A DNA stretch of 64,000 nucleotides from Candidatus Multivorans sp. GTDB taxonomy: Bacteria; Acidobacteriota; Thermoanaerobaculia; Multivoradales; Multivoraceae. Of the stretch, positions 38,004 through 48,293 are shown one piece after another. Every line of letters starts with the position of its first letter. Position 1 is the stretch's first letter. The notes beneath the pieces were generated by a model, which did not search any database, had not been told where the DNA came from, and saw nothing but the letters and a program-made list of their open reading frames with translations. A program made the translations under genes and the position numbers. The stretch is taken from assembly GCA_965224025.1 (NCBI GenBank), contig OZ245033.1, positions 2,592,001-2,656,000 of the forward strand. Direction: 5' to 3'.

Positions 38004-40001
38004 TCAGGGCAGATCGAGCGCCGGGTTGCGGTCGAAGAAGTCGAACGGGCGCAGTTTGAAGCCGTGCCACATGACCGGCATCACCGGCCAGTCCTCGGCC
38101 CGCGGCAAGTGGTGCATGCCGACCGTGTGCCAGAGCACGATGTCCCTGTCCTTGATCGGCCGGTCCGCCTCCGTCCATTCGGGCAGACCCATGCCCGGCT
38201 CGCTCAGGGTCGGGTGGTCGCCGGCCGCGTAGAGTTCGTCCGGGTCGTAGGGGGTCACCCACAGGTGGTGGTCGATGAAACCGGCGCGCCGCCGCGGATA
38301 GTCGTCCGCCGAGAGCAGCGTATTCGCGTTCCTGCCCGGCATCACCTGGAAACTCGTCGGATAGCCGACGGCGTTCGTCCGGCTGGTGCTGAGCACCCGC
38401 CAGAGCGTTGGTCGCTCCAGGTCGATGTTCAGCCGGGCGTCATGCTCGCTGGCCGCGACCTCCTGTTCCTGGACCCACAGGCTGCGTCTGGGGTGGTCGG
38501 CCGGCAGCCGTTTGGTGACCAGGCGATCGGCGACGAAGCGATTGTCTGCGCCATCGACGTCGATGTCGAGCCGGTAGCTGAAGTAGTGGTCATGATTGAC
38601 GGCGACGATGTTGCGGTCAACGAAACGGCCGTAGGCATCGGCGCGACCGGGTGTCCGCAGCGCGTCGGCCGCGGCTGTGTTGACCGGCCCCGCCGATGGC
38701 GCCGGTGGGATCGCGGAGGCTGCGTTCGTTGCCTTGACTTCCAGGATGCCGGTGGCGCCGACCCGGGCTTCGATGGAGCCGTCCTGCCGGAAGATCCAGT
38801 CAAGCAGGTAGTCGTAGTTGCCGACCACGGCCCCCGTCCGCAAGACCAGATCGCGGCTCCGCCGGCTGTCGGGCTGTTCGGAGGCGTAGTGCCTCCAGGC
38901 AGGATCGCCGGTCTCGCGTTCGTACATGCAGATCGTGTCGGGCACGGTGCGGGGGCGGCCGTTGCCGCCGCTGACCAGGGTGTCGATGTAGACCGCGTGA
39001 CCGGGGCAGTCCCGGCCGCGCAGCATCGGCTTGGCCAATCCCCCGGCAACGAACTCGCCGGCGTCGATGAAGTTGCGCCGATACCAGGCGAACGACGGGT
39101 CCATGTACGGAACGAAGATCTCCGACAGATGGCCCTGGTACATCACGGAGCGGGAACTCGCGTCCGATCCCGGTTGGTAGCGAACCAGGGACAGAACCAG
39201 GCCGATCCGCTGATCGGGCCTCAGGTGGAAGCTCCAGTTCTGCCAGCGCACCTGGTAACCGTCGATCTCGAAGCCGGGTCCGAGCGGCTGGCGCGTATCG
39301 ATCGGTCCGGGCACTTCGCGCGGATGGTCGAGGGTGGTGCGGTCGAAGTCCGCGGTCGTCGTGGTGGCGGGCACCGGACCGTCGTCAACCACCCGCAAGA
39401 CTTCGCCGGCGCCGAGGTCGACGACGGCGCTCAGGCCCTCGACCTGCCGGGTCCAGGCATTGCGGACGCCGCGCGGCTCGGAACACCTGACATTGCCGAT
39501 CCGCCGTCCGCGCTCTTCCTCGGTCCCGAAGTAACCGGGTGGTCCCGTGCCGCAGTCGAGAAAGGTGTGGTCGGTGATGCCGCGCGCCTCAAGGCCGGCG
39601 ATGAAGTCCGGATGTTCGAGCACCTTGTCGACGACTGCCTCGAACTCTTCGCCAAGCCAGGCGGGTTGCGCTCCGGCAAGGGGCGTCCATGACGTGACTC
39701 GCTCGGCGGCAAGGTCGACGGTGGCCTCATAGGTCTTGTCGGCCTGGCGAACCAGGGCATAGACCGTCCGGCCCATTTCGAGGCCGGGGCGCCAGGCGAG
39801 CACGTCGCGTTTGGCCGGCTCCTTGAGTCTCAGCTCCGAGAAGCGGGTCTCCTTGTTCATGTGCCCGGCATCGCGGAGCACCTCCAGCGCACGCCACATC
39901 TCCTGGTAGCTCAGGGGGTCGAGCGGATGTTCCGCGGCCGGTACGGGTGCGGCCATGGCGAAAACCATCGAGAGAGCGAGAAGGAAGGTCGACGAGCGCA
40001 T
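38004..40001 (-). CDS. tynA: Copper-containing primary amine oxidase
   Basis: Signal peptide then HPLDPLS; GNYDY (TPQ), NHDH and HHLPRAEDWPVMP. Confidence 0.93.
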   Translation of the reverse strand: MRSSTFLLALSMVFAMAAPVPAAEHPLDPLSYQEMWRALEVLRDAGHMNKETRFSELRLKEPAKRDVLAWRPGLEMGRTVYALVRQADKTYEATVDLAAERVTSWTPLAGAQPAWLGEEFEAVVDKVLEHPDFIAGLEARGITDHTFLDCGTGPPGYFGTEEERGRRIGNVRCSEPRGVRNAWTRQVEGLSAVVDLGAGEVLRVVDDGPVPATTTTADFDRTTLDHPREVPGPIDTRQPLGPGFEIDGYQVRWQNWSFHLRPDQRIGLVLSLVRYQPGSDASSRSVMYQGHLSEIFVPYMDPSFAWYRRNFIDAGEFVAGGLAKPMLRGRDCPGHAVYIDTLVSGGNGRPRTVPDTICMYERETGDPAWRHYASEQPDSRRSRDLVLRTGAVVGNYDYLLDWIFRQDGSIEARVGATGILEVKATNAASAIPPAPSAGPVNTAAADALRTPGRADAYGRFVDRNIVAVNHDHYFSYRLDIDVDGADNRFVADRLVTKRLPADHPRRSLWVQEQEVAASEHDARLNIDLERPTLWRVLSTSRTNAVGYPTSFQVMPGRNANTLLSADDYPRRRAGFIDHHLWVTPYDPDELYAAGDHPTLSEPGMGLPEWTEADRPIKDRDIVLWHTVGMHHLPRAEDWPVMPVMWHGFKLRPFDFFDRNPALDLP

Positions 40002-40124
40002 GGGTTCTCCTTGGGACGCGGTGGTCGGATCCGCTTGATGGGGCCTTGGCCTGTTGGCCGTGTACTGTCGGCACTGCCACCTGAACCTATCGCGGCTGCG
40101 CTTCCGCTGTAGACTAGCCAACCA

Positions 40125-41072
40125 GTGAGTCTGCGCATCGTGCCACCGTCGCCGCGCGCGAGCGCGACTCCTGACGCCGTTTCGGCGCCAACGTCCGGCC
40201 GCCTCTGGCCGTCCGCGCCGCAGGGGAGGCGGTTGTTTCGTCAGGCGACGGACGGCAGCAGCCCGCGTCAGGTGAAGACGAGCGTCGCGCTCCAGTTCCT
40301 GCACCGGATCGTGGGGCTCGAATACCTGAACTTCGGCATGTGGAGCGCCGAGGATCCGTTCGACTTGGCTGGTCTGCGCCGAGCCCAGGAGCGGCTCGTG
40401 GGGCGTCTGATCGAGCTGCTGCCGCCGGGCGTCTCCTCGGTGCTCGACGTCGGTTGCGGGACCGGCGTGATCGCGGAACGGCTGGCCGCTCTCGGCTACG
40501 ACGTCGAAGGACTGTCTCCCGATCCGTACCATGGCGAGTTGTTCAGGTCGCGGCTGCCGGATCGACGCTTCCACCTTGGCCGTTTCCAGGAGTTCGAGCC
40601 GGATCGGCGTTACGACCTCCTGTTCCTCTGCGAGTCGGCGCAGTACGTGTGGCTGGAGGAGCTGTTCGAGGCTGTGCAGCGATCGCTGAGGCCGGGTGGG
40701 CACGTGCTTCTGTGCGACTACTTCGTCACCTGCCCGGACGGCAGCGAGGGCTCGCGGAGCGGCCACCCGCTGGACGAGTTCCTGGCTCGGTCCGAGGCCA
40801 GCGGGCTCGTTCTCGAGATCGACGAGGACGTGACCGAATCCGTCCTTCCAATGCTGCGGCTTGCGCGGGCGATGCTCGACCGCTTCGGCCGCGGCACCGT
40901 GAGCTTGCTGCGTGAGGCCTCCACGCGGCGGTTCCCGCGGTTGGCCGGCGCCGGCTGGCGATTGGCGCGGCCTCTGACCGGCCGGCTGGACCGGCTCGAC
41001 CGGCTGATCGACCCGGAGCACTTCGCCCGCATCAAGCAGTACAGGGTCATGCGTTTCCGGGGGGCGGTGTGA
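40125..41072 (+). CDS. Class I SAM-dependent methyltransferase (start uncertain)
   Basis: YLNFGMW, VLDVGCGTG, LRPGG. Confidence 0.85.
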   Translation: MSLRIVPPSPRASATPDAVSAPTSGRLWPSAPQGRRLFRQATDGSSPRQVKTSVALQFLHRIVGLEYLNFGMWSAEDPFDLAGLRRAQERLVGRLIELLPPGVSSVLDVGCGTGVIAERLAALGYDVEGLSPDPYHGELFRSRLPDRRFHLGRFQEFEPDRRYDLLFLCESAQYVWLEELFEAVQRSLRPGGHVLLCDYFVTCPDGSEGSRSGHPLDEFLARSEASGLVLEIDEDVTESVLPMLRLARAMLDRFGRGTVSLLREASTRRFPRLAGAGWRLARPLTGRLDRLDRLIDPEHFARIKQYRVMRFRGAV

Positions 41073-41611
41073 GGCGGCTGGGCGCCGCTGCCCTCTTGTT
41101 CGGCGCGTCGCTGGCCGCAGTTCCGACTGCGGTGCCTGGCGACGACGCTCCGGCGGGAGCGGCCGGCAAACCTCGGGCGGTCACCTTGGATGGGCGGGAG
41201 GTGGCAGCACCGGAAGGGCTCGCTCCACGCACCCTGCTGGTGATGAGCTTTCACCGCGCGGCGAACGGCCGTGCGCGAGGCTGGCGCAGTGCGCTGGACG
41301 AAGAGGCGCGAGCCGCGGAATGGTCCGTCTACACCGTCGTGGTGCTTGAAGGTGCGCCGCAGATGATCCGCCGCTTCGTGGTTCGCGGGCTGCGCGGCGA
41401 CGTGCCGGCTGAACGCCAAGGCACCTTCCTGGTCGTCGAGGAAGGCGCCGACGCGTGGCGGGCCCTCGCCGGCTCAGACGGCGACGCCGAAGATCGGGAT
41501 GATGCGGTCTTCGTTGCACGCCTGGAAGGCGGCAAGGTCCGCGCGCGCGTTCGTGGGGTCGTGTCGGCGGAAGCGTTGAATCGGCTGTTCAGCGCGGCTT
41601 GCGGTCCCTAG
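41069..41611 (+). CDS. Hypothetical secreted protein (thioredoxin-like fold possible)
   Basis: GTGA overlap with upstream gene, signal peptide. Confidence 0.6.
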   Translation: MRRLGAAALLFGASLAAVPTAVPGDDAPAGAAGKPRAVTLDGREVAAPEGLAPRTLLVMSFHRAANGRARGWRSALDEEARAAEWSVYTVVVLEGAPQMIRRFVVRGLRGDVPAERQGTFLVVEEGADAWRALAGSDGDAEDRDDAVFVARLEGGKVRARVRGVVSAEALNRLFSAACGP

Positions 41612-41620
41612 CGCCATCCG

Positions 41621-42697
41621 TCAACACTCCAGACAGAAGCCGACGCCGGCCGTCACGGCCCGCGACTTGTTGCCGAACCACGGCGGAATGACGGCCGCGA
41701 AGCCGCCCGCGGGGCCGCCGGCGGCGACGATCAGGAGGTCGTCGGGCGACTGGAGCGCTCCGTACTCCTGGTCCTGGTTCGCGTCGGTGACCACGGCCGC
41801 CTTGCCGACCCGTTCCCAGTCGCCTCGCCGCACCCGCGCCGCGCGGTGCAGATAGCTCCGAATGTCCGCCCTGGTCCAGCCGGCGTCGGCCAGGAGTTCG
41901 CGCAACTGTGGCGGCGGGATGAGACAGTGGTTGCCGGCCCAGATCGAGTAGTGGAGGAGGTTGGCCCGCATCTCGGCCGCGATCGTGTCGAGGATCGATT
42001 CCGGCTCGGTCGTCCACTCGTTCATCACTTGCCGGGGAGCGCCGGCGGCGAAGACGGTGACGCTCGAGCTGCCCGCGGGCGCTCCGCGCTCGGCCGCCAG
42101 CGAGGGCCAGGGTGAGCCCTCCTCGTCTTCGGCCAGGCAGTAGCTGAACTTCCCCGGATGCCCCAGCGTGGAGCGGTCGAGCTCGCCGGGCCGCACGCCG
42201 ACCAGGTTGCGGAGGATCAGGCGAAGTGCCCGCCCGATCGCGAGCGACGCCCGGTCGGCGCCGCCCAGCACGTTGAACGCCCCGGTCATGCCGAGTTCCC
42301 GGCGGATCGGGCCGTTGACGATGACGAGCACGGCGCAGCCGCCCGTGCTCGAGGTGGCGCCGTGCAGCAGGAAGGCCGGGTCGCACATCGCCTCGACCGC
42401 CGCGGCGACAGCGGCGAAGTCGCGAGGCCGGCACCCCGCCATCACGGCGTTGGTCGCCGCCTTTTCGGCCGTGATCGCCCGACCGCGGACCGTCTCGACC
42501 CCCAGCACCTGCGAGGGCTCAATGACCGCCGCCTCGACGGCTGCCGCCACCCGTTCCGGTGTCGGGGGCACGATCGGCAGACCGTCGGTCCAGCCGCGAA
42601 GTTCGAACAGGGCGCGGGCCGCGTCGTCGCCGTCGACCGGGTGGACGGATGCCGGCCCTGGAAGTGTAGTTTCGGTCGAGAGGCTCTTTTCGGTCAT
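41621..42697 (-). CDS. Conserved hypothetical protein (WTDGLPIVPPT family) with C-terminal CxxC
   Basis: WTDGLPIVPPT, NAVMAGC, LGHPGKFSYC; ends CLEC. Confidence 0.8.
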   Translation of the reverse strand: MTEKSLSTETTLPGPASVHPVDGDDAARALFELRGWTDGLPIVPPTPERVAAAVEAAVIEPSQVLGVETVRGRAITAEKAATNAVMAGCRPRDFAAVAAAVEAMCDPAFLLHGATSSTGGCAVLVIVNGPIRRELGMTGAFNVLGGADRASLAIGRALRLILRNLVGVRPGELDRSTLGHPGKFSYCLAEDEEGSPWPSLAAERGAPAGSSSVTVFAAGAPRQVMNEWTTEPESILDTIAAEMRANLLHYSIWAGNHCLIPPPQLRELLADAGWTRADIRSYLHRAARVRRGDWERVGKAAVVTDANQDQEYGALQSPDDLLIVAAGGPAGGFAAVIPPWFGNKSRAVTAGVGFCLEC

Positions 42698-42777
42698 TGG
42701 AACGCGGCCTCGGCAGCCTACCGCGCAGCAGTCGAGGCGCTACGATCGGTGAGTTCCGAATCAGAAGGGGGAATGGA

Positions 42778-44019
42778 ATGGCGCGAAGAAGAGAGGTCCC
42801 GTTCTTGAGTGCACATGTGTCGATTGGCTGGCGGGCCGGCGGTGCGGCCGCCGCCCTGGCGCTGGCGTTCGCCGCCTGCGCCGGTCCTGCCGCGGAGAGC
42901 GATTCCGCCGCGGCCGCCGAACCGGTCAATCCGGACGCGGAGAACTTCGGCCCGGCGGGCGAGGTCCTGTTCTGGACCCCCGAACAGCAGGTCGCTGGCT
43001 ACCGGAACATCGACCAGATCAGCAACGTGCGGTGGTTCAAGGCCTCCGACGACCCCTATCCGTTGACCCCCGCGCCGCGGGATCTGTCGTCGGTCACCTA
43101 TGAAGTGGAAGGCGAGACGCTTACCGTCGAGGACTACATCGGAGACCGTCGGATTGCAGGCCTCCTGGTGGTCAGGGACGACGAGATCGTGTTCGAGCGG
43201 TACGGCCTCGGCAACGACGAGAACAGCCGCTGGATCTCGTTCTCCATCGCCAAGTCCGTCGTTTCGATGCTGTACGGCGCCGCGATCGCCGACGGCTACA
43301 TCGGCGGCGTCGACGATCCGGTCACCAAATACCTGCCCTTGCTGGCGGGCGGCGGCTACGACGGCGTGTCGATTCGCAACGTGCTGCGGATGGCCTCCGG
43401 CGTCAAGTGGAACGAGGACTACGCCGACGCGGAGTCCGATGTCGCGACGTTGCCGTCCCCCCTGGTGGAGCAGGCCCGGTACATGGCGGCACTGGAGCGG
43501 GAGCATGCCGCCGGTGAGGTGTTCCACTACAACACCGGCGAAACGAACATGGCCGGCGCCGTCCTGCGGGCGGCGATCGGCAACAACCTCTCGACCTACC
43601 TCGAGCACAAGCTCTGGGGACCGTTCGGCATGGAGGCGGACGCGAACTGGGTGCTCCACGAGCCCGGCGGCGGCGAGCTCGGCGGCTGCTGCATCAGCGC
43701 CACGCTGCGCGACTACGCCCGGATCGGCATCTTCGCGATGAACGGCGGCGTGCTGCGCGACGGCACGCGGGTGCTTCCCGAGGGCTGGATGGCGGACTCC
43801 ACGAGCCCCAGTCCCGGCTACGACGGCTACGGCTATCTGTGGTGGCTGCGCGGAGACGGCGCTTTCGCCGGCATCGGCATCTTCGGCCAGTACCTTTGGA
43901 TGGACCCGGGGTCCAACATCGTCATCGTCGCCCACGGCGCTTGGCCCGACGCGACCAACCGGGAGTACGGCCGCCACCGTTCGGCGGTCGTGTCGGCGCT
44001 CGCTGAAGCGGTGCGGTAG
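42778..44019 (+). CDS. Serine hydrolase, beta-lactamase class C-like lipoprotein
   Basis: Lipobox FAAC; SIAK (SxxK), FHYN (YxN), GYGYLWW. Confidence 0.88.
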   Translation: MARRREVPFLSAHVSIGWRAGGAAAALALAFAACAGPAAESDSAAAAEPVNPDAENFGPAGEVLFWTPEQQVAGYRNIDQISNVRWFKASDDPYPLTPAPRDLSSVTYEVEGETLTVEDYIGDRRIAGLLVVRDDEIVFERYGLGNDENSRWISFSIAKSVVSMLYGAAIADGYIGGVDDPVTKYLPLLAGGGYDGVSIRNVLRMASGVKWNEDYADAESDVATLPSPLVEQARYMAALEREHAAGEVFHYNTGETNMAGAVLRAAIGNNLSTYLEHKLWGPFGMEADANWVLHEPGGGELGGCCISATLRDYARIGIFAMNGGVLRDGTRVLPEGWMADSTSPSPGYDGYGYLWWLRGDGAFAGIGIFGQYLWMDPGSNIVIVAHGAWPDATNREYGRHRSAVVSALAEAVR

Positions 44020-44111
44020 CCACCAACGCCTGCAACGGGAGTGGGAATAGGCAAGGCGACAGTGATTGCTCTTTCCGCGTCAGGCGCGACCGGCGAGCTG
44101 TTGCCGCCAGA

Positions 44112-44579
44112 TCAGTGGACGGGAAAGAAGATGTCCGTGCGCCACCTCGACTGATCGGGCTCGGCGCCGGGGTCGGTGACGTAGACCTCCCATGGTGCTG
44201 CCGCGCCGTCGAGGCCCTTCGACTTCATCCACTCCGTCAGCGCCGCCCACGTATGCCCAAGGTCGGTGTACGGTCCCATGTGGGTGACGGTCGCCGCAGT
44301 TCCTGCGGAGAGCTCTCCTGCCTTGATGCGGCCCGCGCCCGGCATCGGCGCAGCGACCGGTATCGCGCATTCGAGGTCGACGGTGTCGCCGGGGCCGGGC
44401 ATGGAGTGGTAAATCGCGAGGGGCATTCCCGCCGCCGCCTTGCCGTTTTGCTGGATGTACCCATGCACCTCGCCGAACAGAGGCCCCATGGCCTGCCCGA
44501 TCTCGGCAACCGCAACTGTCGTTCGGATGCCCAGGATGGGCTGCGCTTCAAGCTGCGTCGTCCCGAATTCCGGCTTCAT
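44112..44579 (-). CDS. GyrI-like effector-binding domain protein
   Basis: HMGPYTDL, WEVYVTDP, TDIFFPV. Confidence 0.88.
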   Translation of the reverse strand: MKPEFGTTQLEAQPILGIRTTVAVAEIGQAMGPLFGEVHGYIQQNGKAAAGMPLAIYHSMPGPGDTVDLECAIPVAAPMPGAGRIKAGELSAGTAATVTHMGPYTDLGHTWAALTEWMKSKGLDGAAAPWEVYVTDPGAEPDQSRWRTDIFFPVH

Positions 44580-45025
44580 CGGCCTTGTCTCCCCGTGTCT
44601 CTCCGTCTCGCCGCCACCGGCCGATCACCGCGCGCCGCAACGCTCAAACCCTCCGGGAGCCAGCCAAGCATCGATGTGGTGGAGCTGCGAGCGTGGCCCG
44701 AGTGGACTGACGACGAGGACGCTACCACAACAGACGGAAGTGGGGCTCTCCGGGACCGTGCCGCGGCAACAGCCGCTCGACCGACCGTGCCGCGATGTCG
44801 GGCGCGATGCCTCGCGGCTCGAATGCAGCGCGACTCTCATCATGGACTGCCTAGCGGGAGCGTCGTCGCCGGACATGTAGCCGGCCAGAGCCGGGACGAG
44901 GACCTCGAGCGACACGGATCAACTCGGTGGTCCCGAAGGGCTCGAACAACTTCGAGACGAACTCATCGACGGGGCCCAGCGGTTCGCCGCTCTGAACCGG
45001 GAGCCGTCACTTCGGCCTCGAGCGC

Positions 45026-46913
45026 CTACCCGTTTGGGGTCGACTCTACAGGCGCGTCAATCGCCGAGCCGGAACCGGCCGCGCGGAACAGACCGTTCCG
45101 CACATCGGCCTCCAACTGGCGCAGCGCTTCGGCGCGGTCGACGAGGTGGGGAATCCGGTCGACCAACTGCTTTCGGCCGGACTCGGCTCTCCGTGCGACC
45201 TCCTCCTCGACGCTCCCCATGTCTTTCTCGACGAGTTCTTCCACTCTTTCCGGGACGCCGCCTTCGAACTTGGCCCGGTATTCGCCCTGAAGCGCCGCTT
45301 GGAAGGCGGTGTCGAAGTGGCGGCGACGTTCCCGGTGCTCGGCAATGTCGAGGGCGATGTCCCCGCCAGCGGCCAACGTCTCGCCGGCAGTTTTCGCCAG
45401 GAAGTCAGCGGGCATGGCGGCGTTCAGTTCGGCTGTGAGAGTGGATGTCAGCAAGTAGAGGTCCAGGTCGATTGCGCCGACGCGTCGCGACCGCGCCGCC
45501 CGGGTGGCGACCGCGTGTCTGGCAAGAGCGGCCTCGAGCGTGGCCATGTTCCTGCGCCGTTCCCGCTTCTTGGGCGGGAGGCTCTGGAAGACGGTCAGGG
45601 CGGAGTCAAGAGTCTTGTCGGCTCTTTCCAGGGCCGGTTCGTAGTCGGCTTGGGCCCGGATGACGGCCGCCTCGTAGTCCCCGATCTTCGTCCGGGTCTC
45701 GCCGAGGACTTGGGACTGGTAACGGTCCTTCAAGCGGGCGCGAGCGAGTTCGATCGCCCTTGGACCCTCCGCCTCGATGGCGGCCCGCCCGGCTTCGAGC
45801 GCTGCCGGGCGGAGGTCGCCGTACCGGCCCAGCGCGGAGCGGAGCGCCTCCTGGGCGCCGGCGGCGGTGATCATCTCCAGGGCTTCGGTCTCGATTTCGC
45901 CGATGACGGCCGTCGCCGTCTTCCTCAGCGCCGCCTCCACCGCCTCGAACTCAGTTGGGTCGAGCACCGTCGAGACCATAGCCGCATCGAGTTTGGCGGC
46001 TTCGCGCGCTTCAAGCGCCACGGCGCGCTCGCTCGAGGCGGCCTGGGTGGACCGGGCCGCGGATTCGCGTCGCGCGCTTGCCTGCGCTGCCCGGCCAGCG
46101 GCAGCGTTGAGCGTTTCCCGTGCCGCCTCAACCTGGGCTCGCGCCTCGGCGAACTCGGCCTCCCAGGCCTGATCCGCAGCGAGGTAGGAAGACATGCCCC
46201 GCTCCCGTGCTTCTCCATCCTGCTGTTGCGCCGCCAGCCTGCGCGACAACGGCGGTGAGACCGCCCAACACGCTGGAGGCCAGGCTTGGCGCGTAGGAAT
46301 CGGTATCCGGCCGGTTGCGAGATACCCGGTCACGCCTGGCGACGGCGGCCTCCAGGGCTCTCTGCGCTTCGTCCCGGGCGGCGACCGCCATGCCGTAGTC
46401 GGACTCGCTGGCCCGCGCTTCCCGAGCTGAGCCGCTGGCAACGCTCTGCCGCGAATCCAGCGCTTCGGCCGCCACGGCCATGACAGCGTCATAGACTTCC
46501 AACTCGGTACGGACGGAGGCGACGGCATCGTCCACCGCGGCGAGAATTGCCTCGGCCGCCGGCGAGTAGTCCCGAGCAGCGGCTGCGAGGGCGCGGGCGT
46601 AGGTCGCGTCGGCGTTTACCAAGGCCGCGTCGCGCGTCGTGCCCGCGGCCACCAGCGGGCCGCTCGTCTCGAGGCGACGGCGGGCGTCTTCGGTGAGGGA
46701 CGCGCTCGCCGAGCGGACGGCTCCGGCTACGCGTTCGTAGTCCGCTGCGGCATCTTGCGCCCCAGCTTCGCGGGCAGCCCGTGCGGCAGCCATTGCCGCG
46801 GCGTAGACCGCTCGGGGAGAGCGTTCCTCGGCGGGCTCCTCGCTCTCGGGAGGCTGCTGCCCGTGCAGGAGCACAGCTTGAGCGAGGAGAGCAATTGCGA
46901 TGATCCGGACCAT
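45026..46913 (-). pseudogene. Ala-rich helical secreted protein, probably one gene split by a frameshift near 46240
   Basis: ORF 46913-46128 has a signal peptide and loses protein-like character after GGLTAVVAQ, where the overlapping frame (LAAQQQDGEARERGMSSY... to 45026) takes over. Confidence 0.55.
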
Positions 46914-46996
46914 GACGACCTCCGCGGGTTCGACGCCTTGTCTTTCGTGTTGGTCCGCTATTGTAACGTGGACTCACAGGGGACTGGAGGTCCGCC

Positions 46997-48028
46997 ATGG
47001 GGAAGACTGCTCGGTTGCTCGTGTCGGCCGCGGCCGCGGTGCTGCTCTGCTTGGCGCCGGCGGCCGGCCGCCAGGAGGAGGGCGTACTGTCGAACGGGGA
47101 CATCCTGTCCTTCGTGGAGGCGGAGTTGCCGGCGGAGAAGATCCTGGCCACGATCGAGTCGCGGAGTACGGACTTCGACACCTCGCTGCCGGCGTTGGCG
47201 CGTCTCTCGCGAGCCGGTGTGGATGCGGAGGTTCTGGAGGGGATGACACGAGCGAATGCACTGGCCGGGCGGGGAGTGAAGTGGGAGATGAAGTTCCGGG
47301 ACACGCTGCGTTCGGGCGGTACGGGTCCGGAGATGGTGGTGATTCCGGCGGGCAGTTTTCGGATGGGCTGCGTGTCGGGCGTGGACTGCCAAGAGGATGA
47401 ACAGCCTGTGCACCAGGTGACGATTCCGGAGTGGTTGGCGGTGGGTAAGTACGAGGTGACGTTCGCGGAGTGGGACGCCTGCGTGTCGGCGGGCGGTTGC
47501 GGTCATCGTCCGGGTGATGAAGGCTGGGGTCGCGGCCGGCATCCGGTGATGAAAGTATCGTGGGACGACGTTCAGGAGTACGTTCGTTGGTTGTCGCAGC
47601 AGACGGGGGCTTCGTACCGTCTGTTGAGCGAGTCGGAGTGGGAGTACGCGGCTCGTGCGGGGTCGAGGACTGCCTACAGTTGGGGCAACGAGATCGGTTC
47701 GGGCCGTGCGAACTGCGACGGTTGCGGGAGTCAGTGGGACGACTCTGGGACGGCGCCGGTGGGTTCGTTTTCGCCGAACGCGTTCGGTCTGTACGACATG
47801 CACGGGAACGTGTGGGAATGGGTGCAGGATTGCTGGAACGGGAGCTACAACGGCGCGCCATCGGACGGCAGTGCGTGGCAGGTGGGCGATTGCTCCGGTC
47901 GCGTTTTGCGCGGCGGTTCCTGGATCAATATTCCGAGGTCCCTCCGCTCCGCGTTCCGCAGCTGGGACACCACCGGCAACCGCAACAACAACTTCGGTTT
48001 TCGTGTAGCCCGGACGCTCACTCCATGA
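46997..48028 (+). CDS. Secreted FGE-sulfatase (SUMF1, C-type lectin fold) protein; candidate DGR target
   Basis: PEMVVIPAGSFRMG, RLLSESEWEYAARAG, GLYDMHGNVWEW, RVLRGGSW, GFRVARTL. Confidence 0.92.
   Translation: MGKTARLLVSAAAAVLLCLAPAAGRQEEGVLSNGDILSFVEAELPAEKILATIESRSTDFDTSLPALARLSRAGVDAEVLEGMTRANALAGRGVKWEMKFRDTLRSGGTGPEMVVIPAGSFRMGCVSGVDCQEDEQPVHQVTIPEWLAVGKYEVTFAEWDACVSAGGCGHRPGDEGWGRGRHPVMKVSWDDVQEYVRWLSQQTGASYRLLSESEWEYAARAGSRTAYSWGNEIGSGRANCDGCGSQWDDSGTAPVGSFSPNAFGLYDMHGNVWEWVQDCWNGSYNGAPSDGSAWQVGDCSGRVLRGGSWINIPRSLRSAFRSWDTTGNRNNNFGFRVARTLTP
47905..48020 (+). other. Putative DGR variable repeat (VR)
   Basis: NNY codons at the variable positions (atc aat att..tcc..ttc..agc..gac..aac cgc aac aac aac ttc); abrupt shift from G/T-rich to C/A-rich composition. 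Confidence 0.7.
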
Positions 48029-48058
48029 ATCGTTATTTCTTTACATCCTTGGGGGGTT

Positions 48059-48082
48059 CCAAGGGGGGCTTGCCCCCCTTGG
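48059..48082. other. GC-rich hairpin/cruciform downstream of the putative VR
   Basis: ccaagggggg-cttg-ccccccttgg, 10-bp stem, 4-nt loop, 30 bp after the stop, preceded by a pyrimidine-rich tract. Confidence 0.7.
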
Positions 48083-48293
48083 TCGAGTTGAGATCCGGTG
48101 GGTAGGGAGCTTGCGCCGAGTCAGGCGGTAGTTGCCGCCACGGCCTTCGGGCAGGTCGGGATGCTCTCGCATCTGCTCGAAGCGAGGTTGCCGCAGGTCC
48201 AGTAGAGAGTAGCGGCCCGGCACGCCGTGACTCTGGGTGGGCGGGTCCGTAGCCGGGGGCTTCTGACCACCGTCGACACGCGCCGGAAGCGGC

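Noticed and set aside
38004-41021. 1005-aa amine oxidase with a long N-terminal extension
   Set aside because: The extension is antisense to the methyltransferase; the real start is ATG 40001 with RBS and signal peptide
41608-41635. CLEC-TGA as a possible selenocysteine read-through
   Set aside because: Only four codons to the next stop and no convincing SECIS hairpin; TGA is most simply the stop
44810-44854. Sequence resembling a degenerate IS/MITE end (gaatgcagcgcgact...gactgcctag)
   Set aside because: Single copy, with no partner end or transposase in the window
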